Assembly: GCA_964016885.1 (NCBI GenBank)
Contig: OZ024741.1
Span: 133,734,001-133,798,000 of the forward strand
Source: Eledone cirrhosa
Taxonomy: Eukaryota
Reading direction: 5' to 3'
DNA length: 64,000 nucleotides
The position numbers and the translations under genes were made by a program. The notes below the pieces were generated by a model. The model was not told the DNA's origin and did not search any database. It saw nothing but the letters and a program-made list of their open reading frames with translations. Below are positions 63,697-64,000 of the stretch, one piece after another; position 1 is the stretch's first letter, and every line of letters starts with the position of its first letter.

Positions 63697-64000
63697 TAGA
63701 AAGTAAGGTTTTTTTACAAAATTAAAAATAACCGAGGTGTCCTACACGACTGAAAGTATGAAGAAAAAAAGATGAAATCGAAAATGCAACTGGAGTCTTA
63801 TTTAAAAAAATATATATATATTTATTTGGTTCCTTTACCGATTTCGCAGTTCTTCTGCTCACAGAGATGTGAGAAAAACCACAGTCCCTCCATCTCAACT
63901 CTACTTTTGAAAAGCAGAAGAACTGTGAAACCGGTAAAGGAACCAAATAAATATATATATTTTTTTTAAATAAGACTCCAGTTGCATTTTCAATTTCATC
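63695..64000. mobile_element. Fold-back PLE tail (family of 41056-41385), runs off the window
   Basis: Left arm on - to about 63858, right arm on + from about 63865. Confidence 0.8.

Overview
Eukaryotic, AT-rich, microsatellite-dense DNA. The dominant tRNA-derived SINE family and the (TA)n/(CA)n load point to an octopod cephalopod; this is inferred from repeat content, not confirmed. One host gene crosses the whole window on the minus strand: a class B1 (secretin-family) GPCR of the calcitonin/CGRP-receptor type. I reconstructed 8 in-phase GT-AG exons from the Cys-rich ectodomain through TM5/ICL3. TM6, TM7 and the C-terminus lie left of the window, and the true 5' end is unclear. The introns contain a two-LTR Ty3/Gypsy element, one intact RTE LINE plus degraded and non-autonomous relatives, remnants of R4/Dong, Tx1, CRE and I-group LINEs, a Helitron derivative, SINE arrays, and about a dozen Penelope-like element (PLE) insertions. 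The most notable non-ORF signal is in the PLE ends. They carry hammerhead ribozyme motifs, several with the compensatory U3:A8 core, and they are repeatedly inserted as fold-back (tail-out inverted) structures into (TA)n tracts. This places candidate self-cleaving RNAs and long dsRNA hairpins inside the GPCR pre-mRNA. All structures were assessed by eye; none was computed or tested.
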